Below, one piece after another: positions 45,652 to 56,472 of a stretch of DNA of 64,000 nt. Origin of the DNA: an uncultured Phycisphaerales bacterium (lineage in GTDB: Bacteria; Planctomycetota; Phycisphaerae; Sedimentisphaerales; Anaerobacaceae); NCBI GenBank assembly GCA_963718665.1, contig OY970359.1, positions 1,856,001 through 1,920,000 of the forward strand, given 5' to 3'. The notes beneath the pieces were generated by a model. It ran no database searches, was not told the DNA's origin, and worked only from the letters and a program-made list of their open reading frames with translations. Numbering within the stretch: position 1 is the first letter of the stretch; the number at the start of each line of letters is the position of its first letter. The translations under genes and the position numbers were made by a program.

Positions 45652-48105
45652 TTAATTCGCATTAAGGGCGATTTTCAGCACCTCGCTGGTGTTTTTAACG
45701 AACTTGAATTTCATGCCCTTTCTGGCTTCCTTCGGCACTTCCGGCAGGTCTTTTTTGTTGCGGGCGGGCAAAATCACCATCTTTATGCCGGCCTGTTTAG
45801 CGGCCAATATCTTTTCCTTCAATCCGCCTATCGGCAGCACCAAACCCCGTAGCGTAATCTCGCCCGTCATAGCCACATCGGGTCTCACCGGCTTATGCAA
45901 AAGCAAACTGACAAGCGAGCTGAACATCGCTACGCCCGCACTTGGCCCATCTTTTGGAATCGCGCCTGCTGGCACGTGAATATGGTAATCGAATTTGGTG
46001 AACTTACTTGCCTCGATGCCGAGCTTTCCTGCGTTGGATTTCAGGATTGAAAACGCCGCCTGTGCGCTTTCCTTCATCACGTCGCCGATTTGGCCCGTAA
46101 GCTGCAAAGCGCCCTTGCCGGGCATCGACGCCGACTCGATAAACAGTATCTCGCCACCCACGGGCGTAAACGCAAGCGCGGTCGCCACCCCCGGTATCCC
46201 GGCACGCAGGGCAAGCTCCGATTCATATTGTGTGGGCCCCAGTATCTTGGCCAAATCGTCCGCCTTGATGGTCGCCTTCCTCTTTTTGTTTTTCGCGATA
46301 TCAGTCGCCACGGCCCTGCATACCGCCGCGATATTTCTCTCAAGATTGCGTACGCCCGCCTCACGTGTATAACTCTTTATTATTGCAGCGATTGTCTCGC
46401 TTTTGATTTTGAGCCGGTTTTTATTCAGCCCGTGCTCTTTCAATTGCCGCGGCACAAGATATTTCTTCGCGATGTTAAGCTTTTCCGTCTCGGTATAGCC
46501 GGGCAGCTCAATGATTTCCATCCTGTCGTGAAGTGCTGGTGGTATCGGCTCGGTGTAGTTGGCCGTACCAATGAACATCACAGTCGATAAATCAAACGGC
46601 TGGTCTAAGTAATGGTCCGTGAAATTGGCATTCTGTTCCGGGTCAAGCACCTCCAGAAGCGCGCTTGCCGGGTCGCCCCTGAAATCTGCGCCGATTTTAT
46701 CAAGCTCATCCAGCATAAATACCGGGTTTTTGGAGTTCGCCTTTCGCAGTTCCTGCAGGATTCTGCCGGGGAGCGCACCGATATACGTTCGCCTGTGGCC
46801 GCGTATGTCGGCTTCGTCACGTATGCCGCCAAGCGATATACGGATAAATTTCCTGCCCAATGCGGCCGCGATTGATTTACCAAGTGAGGTCTTGCCTACC
46901 CCCGGCGGGCCAACAAAGCAAAGTATCGGGCTTTTGCCTGTCGGATTCAGTTTTCGCACCGCGAGGAATTCGAGAATACGTTTTTTCACCTTTTTAAGGT
47001 CATAGTGGTCGCGGTTAAGGATTCGCTGCGCCTGGTTTATGTCTATGCGGTCTTTTGTCCCCACAGACCACGGCAATTCGCACACAAAATCCAGATACGT
47101 CCTTATTACGCTGTATTCCGGCGAAGCGGACATCATTTTGCTCAGCCGGTCAAGCTCACGCATCGCCTCCGCCTCGACCCGCTCGGGCATCTTCGCCTTC
47201 TTGATATTATCACTGAGCAGCTTAAGCTCCTCGACTCTTGAGTCCTCTTTGCCAAGCTCCGTCTGAATCGCCTTCAACTGTTCCTGAAGAAAATACTCAC
47301 GTTGGCTTTTCTCGACCGAATCGCGAACCCGCCCCTGAATCTTGTGACTAAGCTCAAGGACGTCAAGCTGGTTGGCAAGCTCAACCGAAAGCCGTTCCAG
47401 ACGCCTCGCGGGGTCAAGCTCCTCCAAAAGCTTTTGCCTTTCATCGGTCTTCAAGCTGATATTGGCCGCAAGATAATCCGCCAGGGCGGACGGGTCTTCG
47501 ATTTCTTCGAGCAGGGCAGAAACCTCTTCCGGCACGTTGGGACTAAGCGAGATAACTTTATTAGCCGTCTGCCGGACATTCACCATCAGTGCCTGCAATC
47601 GCTTGGTCATTCTCGCTGTCGAGTCGAGCAGCCGAACCTTCGCCTTGAGGTATGGTTCGGTTGATACTACCCCCGTTACTTCAAAACGGGCTATGCCGTG
47701 AACGAAAATACTAATCGAACCCTGCGGCGCCCTGATAACTTTCAGCACCATTGCGGCTGTGCCCACATCGTAAAGATCCGGGAAATCCGGCTTGTTGGTA
47801 TCGGGCTTACGCTGTGTCAATATCCCGATAACCGTCTCATTCGGCACTACGTCTTTCAAAAGCGCTTTGCTTTTCTCCCTGCCGACCGCCAGCGGCGCGA
47901 CCGTCCCGGGAAAAACAACCGCGTTTCTTATCGCGAGAATTCCAAGCTCTTTGGGCAGCTCGAACTTGTTATTGTTTGCCTGGTTATTTTCCTTGTCGTT
48001 GCTCTGCCCGCCAGATGTAGAACGTTTCCTCGGCGGCTCTGGCGCCAATATCTCATCCGGCCATGTCTCCGCCGTATAAATAAAATCTTTCAAACTACTG
48101 CCCAT
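45652..48105 (-). CDS. lon: ATP-dependent protease Lon
   Basis: GPPGVGKTS, GHRRTYIGA.PG, PKDGPSAG, PIGGLKEK. Confidence 0.98.
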   Translation of the reverse strand: MGSSLKDFIYTAETWPDEILAPEPPRKRSTSGGQSNDKENNQANNNKFELPKELGILAIRNAVVFPGTVAPLAVGREKSKALLKDVVPNETVIGILTQRKPDTNKPDFPDLYDVGTAAMVLKVIRAPQGSISIFVHGIARFEVTGVVSTEPYLKAKVRLLDSTARMTKRLQALMVNVRQTANKVISLSPNVPEEVSALLEEIEDPSALADYLAANISLKTDERQKLLEELDPARRLERLSVELANQLDVLELSHKIQGRVRDSVEKSQREYFLQEQLKAIQTELGKEDSRVEELKLLSDNIKKAKMPERVEAEAMRELDRLSKMMSASPEYSVIRTYLDFVCELPWSVGTKDRIDINQAQRILNRDHYDLKKVKKRILEFLAVRKLNPTGKSPILCFVGPPGVGKTSLGKSIAAALGRKFIRISLGGIRDEADIRGHRRTYIGALPGRILQELRKANSKNPVFMLDELDKIGADFRGDPASALLEVLDPEQNANFTDHYLDQPFDLSTVMFIGTANYTEPIPPALHDRMEIIELPGYTETEKLNIAKKYLVPRQLKEHGLNKNRLKIKSETIAAIIKSYTREAGVRNLERNIAAVCRAVATDIAKNKKRKATIKADDLAKILGPTQYESELALRAGIPGVATALAFTPVGGEILFIESASMPGKGALQLTGQIGDVMKESAQAAFSILKSNAGKLGIEASKFTKFDYHIHVPAGAIPKDGPSAGVAMFSSLVSLLLHKPVRPDVAMTGEITLRGLVLPIGGLKEKILAAKQAGIKMVILPARNKKDLPEVPKEARKGMKFKFVKNTSEVLKIALNAN

Positions 48106-48222
48106 TTTGCCCCTGCACGTCTCTGTTTTCAGTTGTTTCCACAACAGTCGATTGTTATCCGTTCGCACAAACCTAACATACGTCTCGACCTATGCAAAGT
48201 TTAAATTTTAGAAAATTTCAGA

Positions 48223-49353
48223 TTACCCTTCCTCTGCCTGCCCGTTCCAGGCCGACATCCTGCCAAGCTGCTCATTACCCCACTGCGACATTTCTCCCTT
48301 TTCGATTTGTTTTCTTATCTCGCTCATCAGCCGCTGATAAAACCGCAGGTTGTGAATCGTCGCAAGAATAGGCCCCATCATTTCGCCCACATTGAAGAAG
48401 TGGCGGATAGCCGACCGCGGAAAATTCCTGCAGGCGTAACAGTCGCAACCCGGCTCAATAGGTCCCGCGTCGGTTATGTACTCGTTATTTCGCATACGCA
48501 GCGGCCCATTCATTGTGAACGCATACGCGTTTCGCCCGTTACGGGTAGGCAGCACGCAGTCGAACATATCCACGCCCACCATAACCGACGCGATAATATC
48601 CGCTGGATTCCCAACGCCCATCAAATATCTCGGCTTATCATCGGGCAATAGCGGTGCGGTATAGCGAACCGTATTTATCATATTTTCGTGCCCCTCGCCG
48701 ATGGCAAGCCCACCCAGCGCGTAGCCGGCAAAATCCATACTCACCAGCTCCACCGAGCAACGCTGCCTCATCGCCAAATCTATCCCTCCCTGCACTATCC
48801 CGAAAAGCATCTGCTTCGGGTTACTGTGCGCATTTTTGCATCGTTTTGCCCAGCGAATCGTCCTCTCAACCGCCCGTTCTAATTCCGCCTGTTCACAGCC
48901 GAAAGCAGGGCACTGGTCAAAACACATCGCGATATCGCAGCCCAGCCGATTCTGAATCTTAGTCGCGCCCTCCGCGTCGAGATATGCCTTCGCTCCGTCG
49001 ATATGACTGGCAAATTCGACGCCGCCGTCGTCAATCTTGGTCAGCGAGCTAAGCGAGAATACCTGGTAGCCGCCGCTGTCGGTCAATATGGGTCTGTCCC
49101 AGCCCATAAATTTGTGCAGTCCGCCGACGCCTTCTATCACGTCAACGCCTGGGCGGAGCATCAGGTGATATGTATTCGCAAGTATGATTTCCGCGCCAAC
49201 CTCCCGCAGTTGCTCTGGCGTGATACCTTTGACTGTTCCAGCCGTGCCAACGGGCATAAACGCCGGCGTCGAAACATCACCGTGCGCCGTCTTCAAAACA
49301 CCTCGCCTGGCTGCACTATTTTTGTCCCGGTACTTTACCTCAAAGCCATTCAT
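48223..49353 (-). CDS. tgt: tRNA-guanine transglycosylase
   Basis: TPAFMPVGT, LTDSGGYQV, FDCVLPTR, CDCYAC. Confidence 0.97.
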   Translation of the reverse strand: MNGFEVKYRDKNSAARRGVLKTAHGDVSTPAFMPVGTAGTVKGITPEQLREVGAEIILANTYHLMLRPGVDVIEGVGGLHKFMGWDRPILTDSGGYQVFSLSSLTKIDDGGVEFASHIDGAKAYLDAEGATKIQNRLGCDIAMCFDQCPAFGCEQAELERAVERTIRWAKRCKNAHSNPKQMLFGIVQGGIDLAMRQRCSVELVSMDFAGYALGGLAIGEGHENMINTVRYTAPLLPDDKPRYLMGVGNPADIIASVMVGVDMFDCVLPTRNGRNAYAFTMNGPLRMRNNEYITDAGPIEPGCDCYACRNFPRSAIRHFFNVGEMMGPILATIHNLRFYQRLMSEIRKQIEKGEMSQWGNEQLGRMSAWNGQAEEG

Positions 49354-50730
49354 TTAATAAGCTCTCACTAATTTTGAGCCGGGATAATAATACTGCAGAA
49401 TCTCGCTTGCGGTCTTACCTTGCATTGCCATACCCTGTGCGCCGCACTGGCACATCCCAACGCCGTGCCCAAACCCTCTGCCTGCCAAAAACGCAACCTT
49501 GCCTTCTATGATGGCAATTTTGCAGGCGGTGCTGCGAATCCTGTTGCCCGCCGGGTCAATCGTAAGCCGGAGGTCCTCCGCCCTCAAAAGTTCACTCCTG
49601 CCGTTTGTGCCGGTAAGTTTCACCATTGTTATACGCGAGAAATCCGGGTAGTCGCTCTGTTTGACCGCCGATATATTCGCGATATCACCAAGCCCTTTTA
49701 ACTGCGGATACTTTTTCTGTACGGCTGTCGTGACCATTTCTTTGTTAAACTGGACCATCGGCCAGAAAAATATATCCGGCCTTGCAACTGCCCTGCAATA
49801 CGGGCACACAACTCCTCCCAGCGGCCCGGCCGAATCCCCGAAAACGTTTTTGGCGTCCTCTGTATGTCCCCCGCAGCTTGAACTGTAATACGCAGGGAAA
49901 AGCTCTTCACCTGATGCCCCCGCGCCAGGCAGCCCTGCCTGCTCGCACATCAGGACTTCTCCCGATGTTTCGTTGACTGCTCTCCACACGCTCGCCGATT
50001 CACCCTTCAATCCTAGGTAAACCTGGCTGGTCTGTGTTCTTGCCATGTCCCAGTCGCGCGTGTAGCCGAATTTCTTCTTGTTATAAAGGCAATAGGTCCT
50101 CGCCGCGATTGCCTGTGCCTTCAATGCCTCCGCCTCCCAGCGGTCGGGCATTTCCGCACCCACAACCCCCGCCAGATACGGCTCAAGAGGCACAATGTTT
50201 ATCGCTTCGAATGTCTGGCCGTCAACGTTGGCTTTCAGCAGCAGTTTGCCGCGAAACTCGTTGCCGTCCATAACAAACGTGAAGGGCTCGTCCGGCAAAA
50301 TCGTTATCTCGCGGGCCGCGAATCTCCTGCCCCCGATAGTAAGCTCACCCCCCAGAACGCCCACGTTCATCAATTGCCCGCGCTCGGTAAATGTCGTCTC
50401 AGGAATCGGGACGCTGCCGTCGCTGTTAAATAAGCTGAATCCCCCTCGCATTTTTATCGTGCAGTGATTGACGTCGTCGGCCAGCAGCACCCGCACCGTA
50501 AACTGCTGCTCGGCGTTCATCTGCGGAGTGCTTTGCACGACCATTTGCTCGTGACAACTGAAAAACACCGCGCCTGCCGCCAGCACTAACCCGGCCAGCA
50601 GGCAATTGCCGATTGTTCGCCACGCCCCGAAATCTTTACGCCACCTGAATTGCCGAAACCGCATACTTTTCAGACCGCCTGCCATGCAAAATCTATTTCG
50701 CTGGCGCCCGCGAAACGTCTTCGCCCCCAT
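49354..50730 (-). CDS. SpoIID/LytB domain peptidoglycan-processing protein (start uncertain)
   Basis: LEPYLAGVVGAEMP..W..EALKAQAIAARTY, GHGVGMCQ.GA, ILQYYYPG. Confidence 0.93.
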   Translation of the reverse strand: MGAKTFRGRQRNRFCMAGGLKSMRFRQFRWRKDFGAWRTIGNCLLAGLVLAAGAVFFSCHEQMVVQSTPQMNAEQQFTVRVLLADDVNHCTIKMRGGFSLFNSDGSVPIPETTFTERGQLMNVGVLGGELTIGGRRFAAREITILPDEPFTFVMDGNEFRGKLLLKANVDGQTFEAINIVPLEPYLAGVVGAEMPDRWEAEALKAQAIAARTYCLYNKKKFGYTRDWDMARTQTSQVYLGLKGESASVWRAVNETSGEVLMCEQAGLPGAGASGEELFPAYYSSSCGGHTEDAKNVFGDSAGPLGGVVCPYCRAVARPDIFFWPMVQFNKEMVTTAVQKKYPQLKGLGDIANISAVKQSDYPDFSRITMVKLTGTNGRSELLRAEDLRLTIDPAGNRIRSTACKIAIIEGKVAFLAGRGFGHGVGMCQCGAQGMAMQGKTASEILQYYYPGSKLVRAY

Positions 50731-50742
50731 TTTGTAAAAACT

Positions 50743-52074
50743 TTATTCCAGCGTCCGCAGCGACAAACCGAGATTCGCCAGGACCCTTTTGACTTCGTTC
50801 AAGCTTGTTACGCCGAAATTTTTGCAGCCCAGCAGCTCCGCTTCCGTAATCCGCGTCAGCTCTCCGACCGTGCGCAGGTTGAGCTTCAGCAACGCCTTTT
50901 TCGCCCTGACTGACCACTGCAAATCCACTATCGGCTTGCCGGCCAATCCATGGTCGGCTGCGGGCTCTTCGGCAACACTGGCTGCCGGCACCGGGTCAGT
51001 CGGCCCGAACTGTCTGTCCTCCGGCATCATACCAAGCTGCAGGCCCTTGGAATCCAGGATCACTTTTATCTCACGCAAACTCGTCTCGCCGAAATTCTTA
51101 AACGCAAGCAGCTCCGCTTCGGTTGTCCTCAACAGGTCCCCGAGCGTATTGAGATTCATCTTCTTGAGGCAGTTCCTGCTTCGCACCGAAAGCTCAAAAT
51201 CAGACAACGGCGTTTCGAGAATCTGCATCTTACGGGTCTTCTTCTTCTCTGTCTCCTCGTCGTAAACCATCGTCTTGGAGCTTTGGATATCCTTCAGAAA
51301 CAAATTTGCCCGCTTGTGATTCGGATGACACGCCAGAACCTTCTGCACGCATCGCTCGGCCTTGTCGTAATCCGCCTTGTCCTCGTAAATCACCGCCAGG
51401 TTCAGCAATGCGCTTGTGTAAATCGGCGCCGATGATGTAATCGCCTTGTAGTAGTCAATCGCCGCGTCCTCATCGCCGGAAAGGTCGCAACGGTACGCCA
51501 GATGAAACATCGCTTCCTGATGCTTCGGCGAAAGCTCCAGCGCCGCCTTGTAATTTTCGGCCGCCTCATCATACAGCCCCTGCTTCTCACGCAGCCGGCC
51601 AAGCTGATAATGAAACTCCGCGCTTACGTTCTTAAAATTGGCACAACCTTTAAGCTCTTTTTCCGCTGACTCGAAATTGCCTGCCATGCGGTATGTGGCA
51701 GCTTTCTCCAGCGAAACCGCGAGCGAATCTGCCCCTTGTTTTGCACTGGCGTGGAAGTTCATTATCGCTTCGTCGTAATTGCCAAGCCGACGCAGAGTAG
51801 CCGCAAGGCACATAAACTTCTCTTTGCAGTCGTTGCCCTTCTGCAGTTTCTCGACCGCATCGGCGTCTTTCCCCAGGATAAACAGACCTATGCCCGCGGC
51901 CAGACACCCTTTGCCGCCGGTCTTGCTCATATTCTGCTCGACCTGCTCCGCAAAGGCCAACCGACTTGCCTCGCTCGAATGAACCTGCTCTGACAGCTTC
52001 TTTATTTGTTCTATGCTCAGTGTCTCTTCGCCGAACAAATTAATTCCGCTTTGTGTCTGTGTCGTTGCTTCCAT
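50743..52074 (-). CDS. TPR protein with two RNA polymerase alpha-CTD-like domains
   Basis: TPR repeats; FELSVRSRNCL...KNFGETSLREI and WSVRAKKAL...KNFGVTSLNEV; AGGAG RBS before ATG 52074. Confidence 0.9.
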   Translation of the reverse strand: MEATTQTQSGINLFGEETLSIEQIKKLSEQVHSSEASRLAFAEQVEQNMSKTGGKGCLAAGIGLFILGKDADAVEKLQKGNDCKEKFMCLAATLRRLGNYDEAIMNFHASAKQGADSLAVSLEKAATYRMAGNFESAEKELKGCANFKNVSAEFHYQLGRLREKQGLYDEAAENYKAALELSPKHQEAMFHLAYRCDLSGDEDAAIDYYKAITSSAPIYTSALLNLAVIYEDKADYDKAERCVQKVLACHPNHKRANLFLKDIQSSKTMVYDEETEKKKTRKMQILETPLSDFELSVRSRNCLKKMNLNTLGDLLRTTEAELLAFKNFGETSLREIKVILDSKGLQLGMMPEDRQFGPTDPVPAASVAEEPAADHGLAGKPIVDLQWSVRAKKALLKLNLRTVGELTRITEAELLGCKNFGVTSLNEVKRVLANLGLSLRTLE

Positions 52075-52222
52075 TAAATCTTCTCCTGAAAAAAAACCGC
52101 CGCCGCTCGGATCCTTGAATTTCGGTTTACCAATAGAAAGCAGCATTATAACCATCCTTACCTTTTTTGCAATACCTTTTTAACTATAGCAGCAATAAGC
52201 ACTTACGCAAAATATCAATCTT

Positions 52223-52258
52223 GCGCATAAAAAAGGCCGGACATTTATACCCGGCCTT
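52223..52258 (-). terminator. Intrinsic terminator, repeat family copy 1
   Basis: GCGCATAAAAAAGGCCGGACATTTATACCCGGCCTT. Confidence 0.8.
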
Positions 52259-52285
52259 ATGCTTGATTTCTTTCGCCTTATTGAC

Positions 52286-54481
52286 TTAATGCGAACCGCT
52301 GTAAAGTTCGCCAATCTCATTTTCCGACAAGGCGTAATTGTAAATCCGCACGTCGTCGATAAGGCCGTGGAAGCAACGCCCCTTCAGTTCGATGTTCTCG
52401 CCGATACAAACAGGGAAGCCATTTGTTGCGATGGGACCTGTCCGCGGCCTCGAAACATCCAGTTTCCCGTCAACGTATATGCTCATATTTTGTCCGTCAT
52501 AAACGCACATGACGTTATGCCACTGCCCCGAATCGACTGTGGTCTGACCGTTAAGATAATCACGGGCGGAAACGCCGAAGTGAAAGATGTTTTTGGCAAA
52601 AGAGGTTGACAATCGCCAGGCCGAATCGCCCTTGGTAACAATGCCCGTCCATTCCTGCGGGACGTCCGTTATATTTACCCATGCAGATACTGTTATCTGT
52701 TCGTTGATATCAAAATTCGCCTCGTTGCTGATTTCGACGTAATCACCCTTGCCACTGAATTCAAGAGCTCCGCCCGAAACACCGCCCGTCGGCCGCCATA
52801 CAGGATTGCCCTTTAGTGCGCCATTATTGCCGTTGCCGGAGTTGTCGTAGGCGATTGTCCCCGTGCTTTCGTCAAATTTCCACCATCCGACCAGTTTGCC
52901 GGTATTGAAACTCCATACATCGCCGGTCGTTACTTTGCCGTTGGCGTCAGTTCCGTCAACACGCCAGTAATAAGTCGTGTTCCTGTCCAGTTCCTGCACA
53001 ATCATATTACTATCGCCCGAGACATCAGCCAACAGTGATAACCCGTCTGAGGACGTCCCCATATATACCTTGTTTTCAACAGCATACATTCCGGGCATCC
53101 AGCTTAATTCCAAATCCGCAATCTGGCCGCACATAGTCGCATCAGCCGGTTTGGGTTTAATCGCCTTCGGCTGCCTGTTCAGCGGCATCGCCTCAAGTGC
53201 GGCAAGCTCATCGGCGCTTACGGTTTTAACCGTCAGATTGCCGAAGATGACACGGTACTGTTTATCCGAAACCTTCCACCGCATCAGGACGGAATCACCA
53301 AACTCGGCCGTCACTTTATCACCGTGATACACCGGCTCGTTACCTTCCTGAGTCAGCTTTTGGTAGAAAATGAATGGTCCCTGCAATTTCATTGCTTCAT
53401 TGATTAAGTTCTGCTGTAACTGGTCATTCGGCTCAGCACCGCGGGCAACATTTATCTTCTTTGTGAGCCCCTCTTGTGCCTCCAGTACCGCCGCCATGGC
53501 GTTCATTTGGCTTGGATACTTGCCGTCCGTGATTTCAGCAAATAGCTTAAACCCTTCAATCACACCCGTCTCGTCCTGGTTCGGCATTTTCATCTCGCCC
53601 ATCGTCGTGAAATCAGCCGGGATATTGGGTTCGAATAAATCCGGCAAAAGCTCCGTACCCCACTCGAAACCATCCATAACCATTATCATATTAATCTTCT
53701 GCTCGCCGAGTTTCATCTCCCCCTCGGTTTCTATCCTAACGGGATACTCCGTGGCGACATCAACCCACATACGGCCTGTGAAATTGCTGTAAATGCCTTG
53801 AACGGCCGGCGGATTATTAACTTCAATACCCTTGACTTCAACGCCGTTGATTGTATCTTTGCCGAGGTCCTTATATTGCCCCGACCCCCCGGACACAAAT
53901 TGAGTTACTATTGTCCGCGGGTCCTGCATTTGATTTTTTGACTTCGCCAGCTTTTCATCCGTCAGCGCCATACGCATATACTTTTTCTGGGTGGGCATCA
54001 CAATAATCATCGCCTTTTCGCTGGGATTCACATATATCTGCTGCATAGGGATACCATCAAGAGTGGTTTCTAATTTGGTTCCGTAGCTGGATGAGATATA
54101 CATCTTGGACTCGATTTGCTGACTCTTTTGACCGACAGCTCCTCCTGATTGTTGAATATGTATCCTGCAGACACACGTCTTTATCTGTGCCACTTTGTCT
54201 GCGATTTGTGCCCAGGCGCAGCACGTTACCACAGGCGCTTTGCCTGTTATGGCATATATGCCCGTCAAAACCGCGATGATAATTACCGCGGCAACAGCTA
54301 ATTTTGTAATCGGACTTCTCATGATTATCCTCCATGTACTCGGCTTGAACTGGGCCGATTGATTTTTCGTTTTCTCTGCCAGCGCATTATCGACAGCGTT
54401 ATGCACTCTCGCATCCAGCTCGGCGCTGGGGTTAATTTTCAAATCCGCGATTAACTTTTTAATATTGTCATTTGGTCTCAT
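52286..54481 (-). CDS. Anti-sigma-like membrane protein with LolA-like region, Fn3-like linker and C-terminal LamG domain
   Basis: Downstream of and overlapping an ECF gene; TM after WRIIMRSPITK; YYWRVD...GDVWSF; LVGWWKFDE...GLIDDVRIYNYALS. Confidence 0.85.
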   Translation of the reverse strand: MRPNDNIKKLIADLKINPSAELDARVHNAVDNALAEKTKNQSAQFKPSTWRIIMRSPITKLAVAAVIIIAVLTGIYAITGKAPVVTCCAWAQIADKVAQIKTCVCRIHIQQSGGAVGQKSQQIESKMYISSSYGTKLETTLDGIPMQQIYVNPSEKAMIIVMPTQKKYMRMALTDEKLAKSKNQMQDPRTIVTQFVSGGSGQYKDLGKDTINGVEVKGIEVNNPPAVQGIYSNFTGRMWVDVATEYPVRIETEGEMKLGEQKINMIMVMDGFEWGTELLPDLFEPNIPADFTTMGEMKMPNQDETGVIEGFKLFAEITDGKYPSQMNAMAAVLEAQEGLTKKINVARGAEPNDQLQQNLINEAMKLQGPFIFYQKLTQEGNEPVYHGDKVTAEFGDSVLMRWKVSDKQYRVIFGNLTVKTVSADELAALEAMPLNRQPKAIKPKPADATMCGQIADLELSWMPGMYAVENKVYMGTSSDGLSLLADVSGDSNMIVQELDRNTTYYWRVDGTDANGKVTTGDVWSFNTGKLVGWWKFDESTGTIAYDNSGNGNNGALKGNPVWRPTGGVSGGALEFSGKGDYVEISNEANFDINEQITVSAWVNITDVPQEWTGIVTKGDSAWRLSTSFAKNIFHFGVSARDYLNGQTTVDSGQWHNVMCVYDGQNMSIYVDGKLDVSRPRTGPIATNGFPVCIGENIELKGRCFHGLIDDVRIYNYALSENEIGELYSGSH

Positions 54482-55023
54482 TTGTGAACCTCGCCGTTCA
54501 GTGTGGACCGTAATTTTTCCAGGCCGTACCGGTATCGGCCTAATACCGTATTAACCGAAACATCCTGCGATTCGGCTATCGCGGCAAATTTCATTCCGCC
54601 GTGAATATGCAGCAGCACAACCTCTCTTTGCTCGTAGGGCAATTCTAAAATCGCCCGGCTCAAACGCCTGCTTTCCTCGCCGAAAACCGCTTCGCAATCG
54701 GGGCTGTTTGCTTTCGATGTAATCGGCTGCGCATCATCCAGCGAACCCTGGTTATGTCTGGAATTTGCCCTGATTACGTTTCGGGCGGCATTTGCCACGC
54801 AGGTTGCCAGAAAACCCTTCAAACTGCCCGTCAGCCGAAATCGCCTAAGCTGCAAAAACGATACAAACACATCGTGCACGACATCTTCCGCGGCTGCGGT
54901 ATTTTTCAGCAGAGCGACAGCCAGGGCCACGAGCTCGTGTTTATACTTCTCGTATATCCGCCTGACCGCCTCGCAGTCGCCGCGGTTAAATCGCCAGATA
55001 AGTAACTTATCTTCCAGATTCAC
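54478..55023 (-). CDS. ECF sigma factor
   Basis: AEDVVHDVFVSF, LPYEQREVVLLH, SVNTVLGRYRYGLEKLR. Confidence 0.95.
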   Translation of the reverse strand: MNLEDKLLIWRFNRGDCEAVRRIYEKYKHELVALAVALLKNTAAAEDVVHDVFVSFLQLRRFRLTGSLKGFLATCVANAARNVIRANSRHNQGSLDDAQPITSKANSPDCEAVFGEESRRLSRAILELPYEQREVVLLHIHGGMKFAAIAESQDVSVNTVLGRYRYGLEKLRSTLNGEVHK

Positions 55024-55098
55024 TCTTCAATTCCCAAGGGTTCGACAATCGACCGTCAATTATACAACACCGAACGAGGATGTTTTAGTATGTTTGGG

Positions 55099-55130
55099 CA
55101 CATAAAAAAGGCCGGACAAGTTGTCCGGCC
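55099..55130 (-). terminator. Intrinsic terminator, repeat family copy 2
   Basis: CACATAAAAAAGGCCGGACAAGTTGTCCGGCC. Confidence 0.8.
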
Positions 55131-55152
55131 ATGTTAATGAAGTTATTGTCGC

Positions 55153-56472
55153 TTATTGTTTATCAATCGGCCTGGGGAGGTCCGCTTCGGCGGCATCTTT
55201 GACGCTCAGGTCGCCGTAAATAACGTGGTATGTCTGTGAGCCGGCCGGACGATACCAGAAAATCGCGGTATTGGCATCGTCTAACTTGACGCCTTTGCCG
55301 GCATAAACCCATTTGCCTTCGCCCTTGAAGAACCTTATGAACATAACCCCCTTTTGCAGTTTAAGCCCCAGTTGGGTCTTTTCCTCATCCGACACCGTTA
55401 GCTTGTCAAATTTCTCTTTGATAGTCGCCGCATTTTTTACTATGTGCTCAATCGAGATGTCATCGGGGAAAACACCGTCACCAAGGACTTCGGCCTGAAC
55501 GCGCAGCCCCTCGATAAAATCCTCTTCGGTGGAGCTAAAAAGATTCATATCCTGTTTTTCAACTTTGTAACCCTCAGGGGCATTCATATCGAAAAGCGAC
55601 TCATTCATAGGCACGTCGAACCGCATGTTTTTGCAAATCACCTTCACTTGCCCTTCCTGCTGCAGTATTCGCACCGGAAGTCCTGTTTTCGGATCCGCCC
55701 ATATTTCTATCTCAACTTTGGGATGTTTTGCCTTTAAGCCATACAGGGTTTGGCCGTCGATAACCTGGTCACCTATATCTTCGACAGTAAAGCCCGGGAG
55801 TTTTTCAAGCATAGTTATAACGTTGCGAAGCTGGTCCATATAGTTGGGCATCTGCGGCAGGTCCTTAAGCGAGATATACACCGCTTTTTTGTTGGCGGGG
55901 TCGAGATACAGAATTTGCGAGGTGCCCAAATCAATAATACGCACTGCTTCCATACCGCTTAAAGTCCGCCTGATTTTTGACCCCATAATCATATCGTGAA
56001 TCACAGGCGCATTGCCTTCTTCGCCGACGATAATGTCAAATTCCGCGGTATTGGCGTCCAGAATCGAGCGGATGACACAGTCCCAGGCGAGGCACGGTTT
56101 TGTGCCGCTGCCCGCAAAATAGTGAATACCCACAATCACGGCCACGATTATTACCGCGGCCACAGCAAATTTTGTAATCGTACTTCTCATAATGAACCTC
56201 CAGAAGTTCAAGTTTTGTTTATCCTGATTCGCTTTCCGAAGTTTGAGTGCCTGTTCGCGGACGATTCTGTCCATCACTGCATTTTCGAGGTCATCTTTAA
56301 TGCTGCTGGTGCCATTGGCGATAAGACGCTTTTGAAGCGAGGTTATCTGTTCGAGTTCTTTGCGGCACTCGGCACATGTATTCAGATGTGATTTGACCGC
56401 CTGGTTCTGGCCGGCGTCAAGCAGTCCTTCAATGTAACCTACTAAAAGTTCTCTGCATTGGGAGCAATTCAT
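55153..56472 (-). CDS. Zinc-finger (ZAS) anti-sigma factor with TM and LolA-like periplasmic region
   Basis: MNCSQCRELL..YIEG.L...HLNTCAEC; WRFIMRSTITKFAVAAVII. Confidence 0.9.
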   Translation of the reverse strand: MNCSQCRELLVGYIEGLLDAGQNQAVKSHLNTCAECRKELEQITSLQKRLIANGTSSIKDDLENAVMDRIVREQALKLRKANQDKQNLNFWRFIMRSTITKFAVAAVIIVAVIVGIHYFAGSGTKPCLAWDCVIRSILDANTAEFDIIVGEEGNAPVIHDMIMGSKIRRTLSGMEAVRIIDLGTSQILYLDPANKKAVYISLKDLPQMPNYMDQLRNVITMLEKLPGFTVEDIGDQVIDGQTLYGLKAKHPKVEIEIWADPKTGLPVRILQQEGQVKVICKNMRFDVPMNESLFDMNAPEGYKVEKQDMNLFSSTEEDFIEGLRVQAEVLGDGVFPDDISIEHIVKNAATIKEKFDKLTVSDEEKTQLGLKLQKGVMFIRFFKGEGKWVYAGKGVKLDDANTAIFWYRPAGSQTYHVIYGDLSVKDAAEADLPRPIDKQ

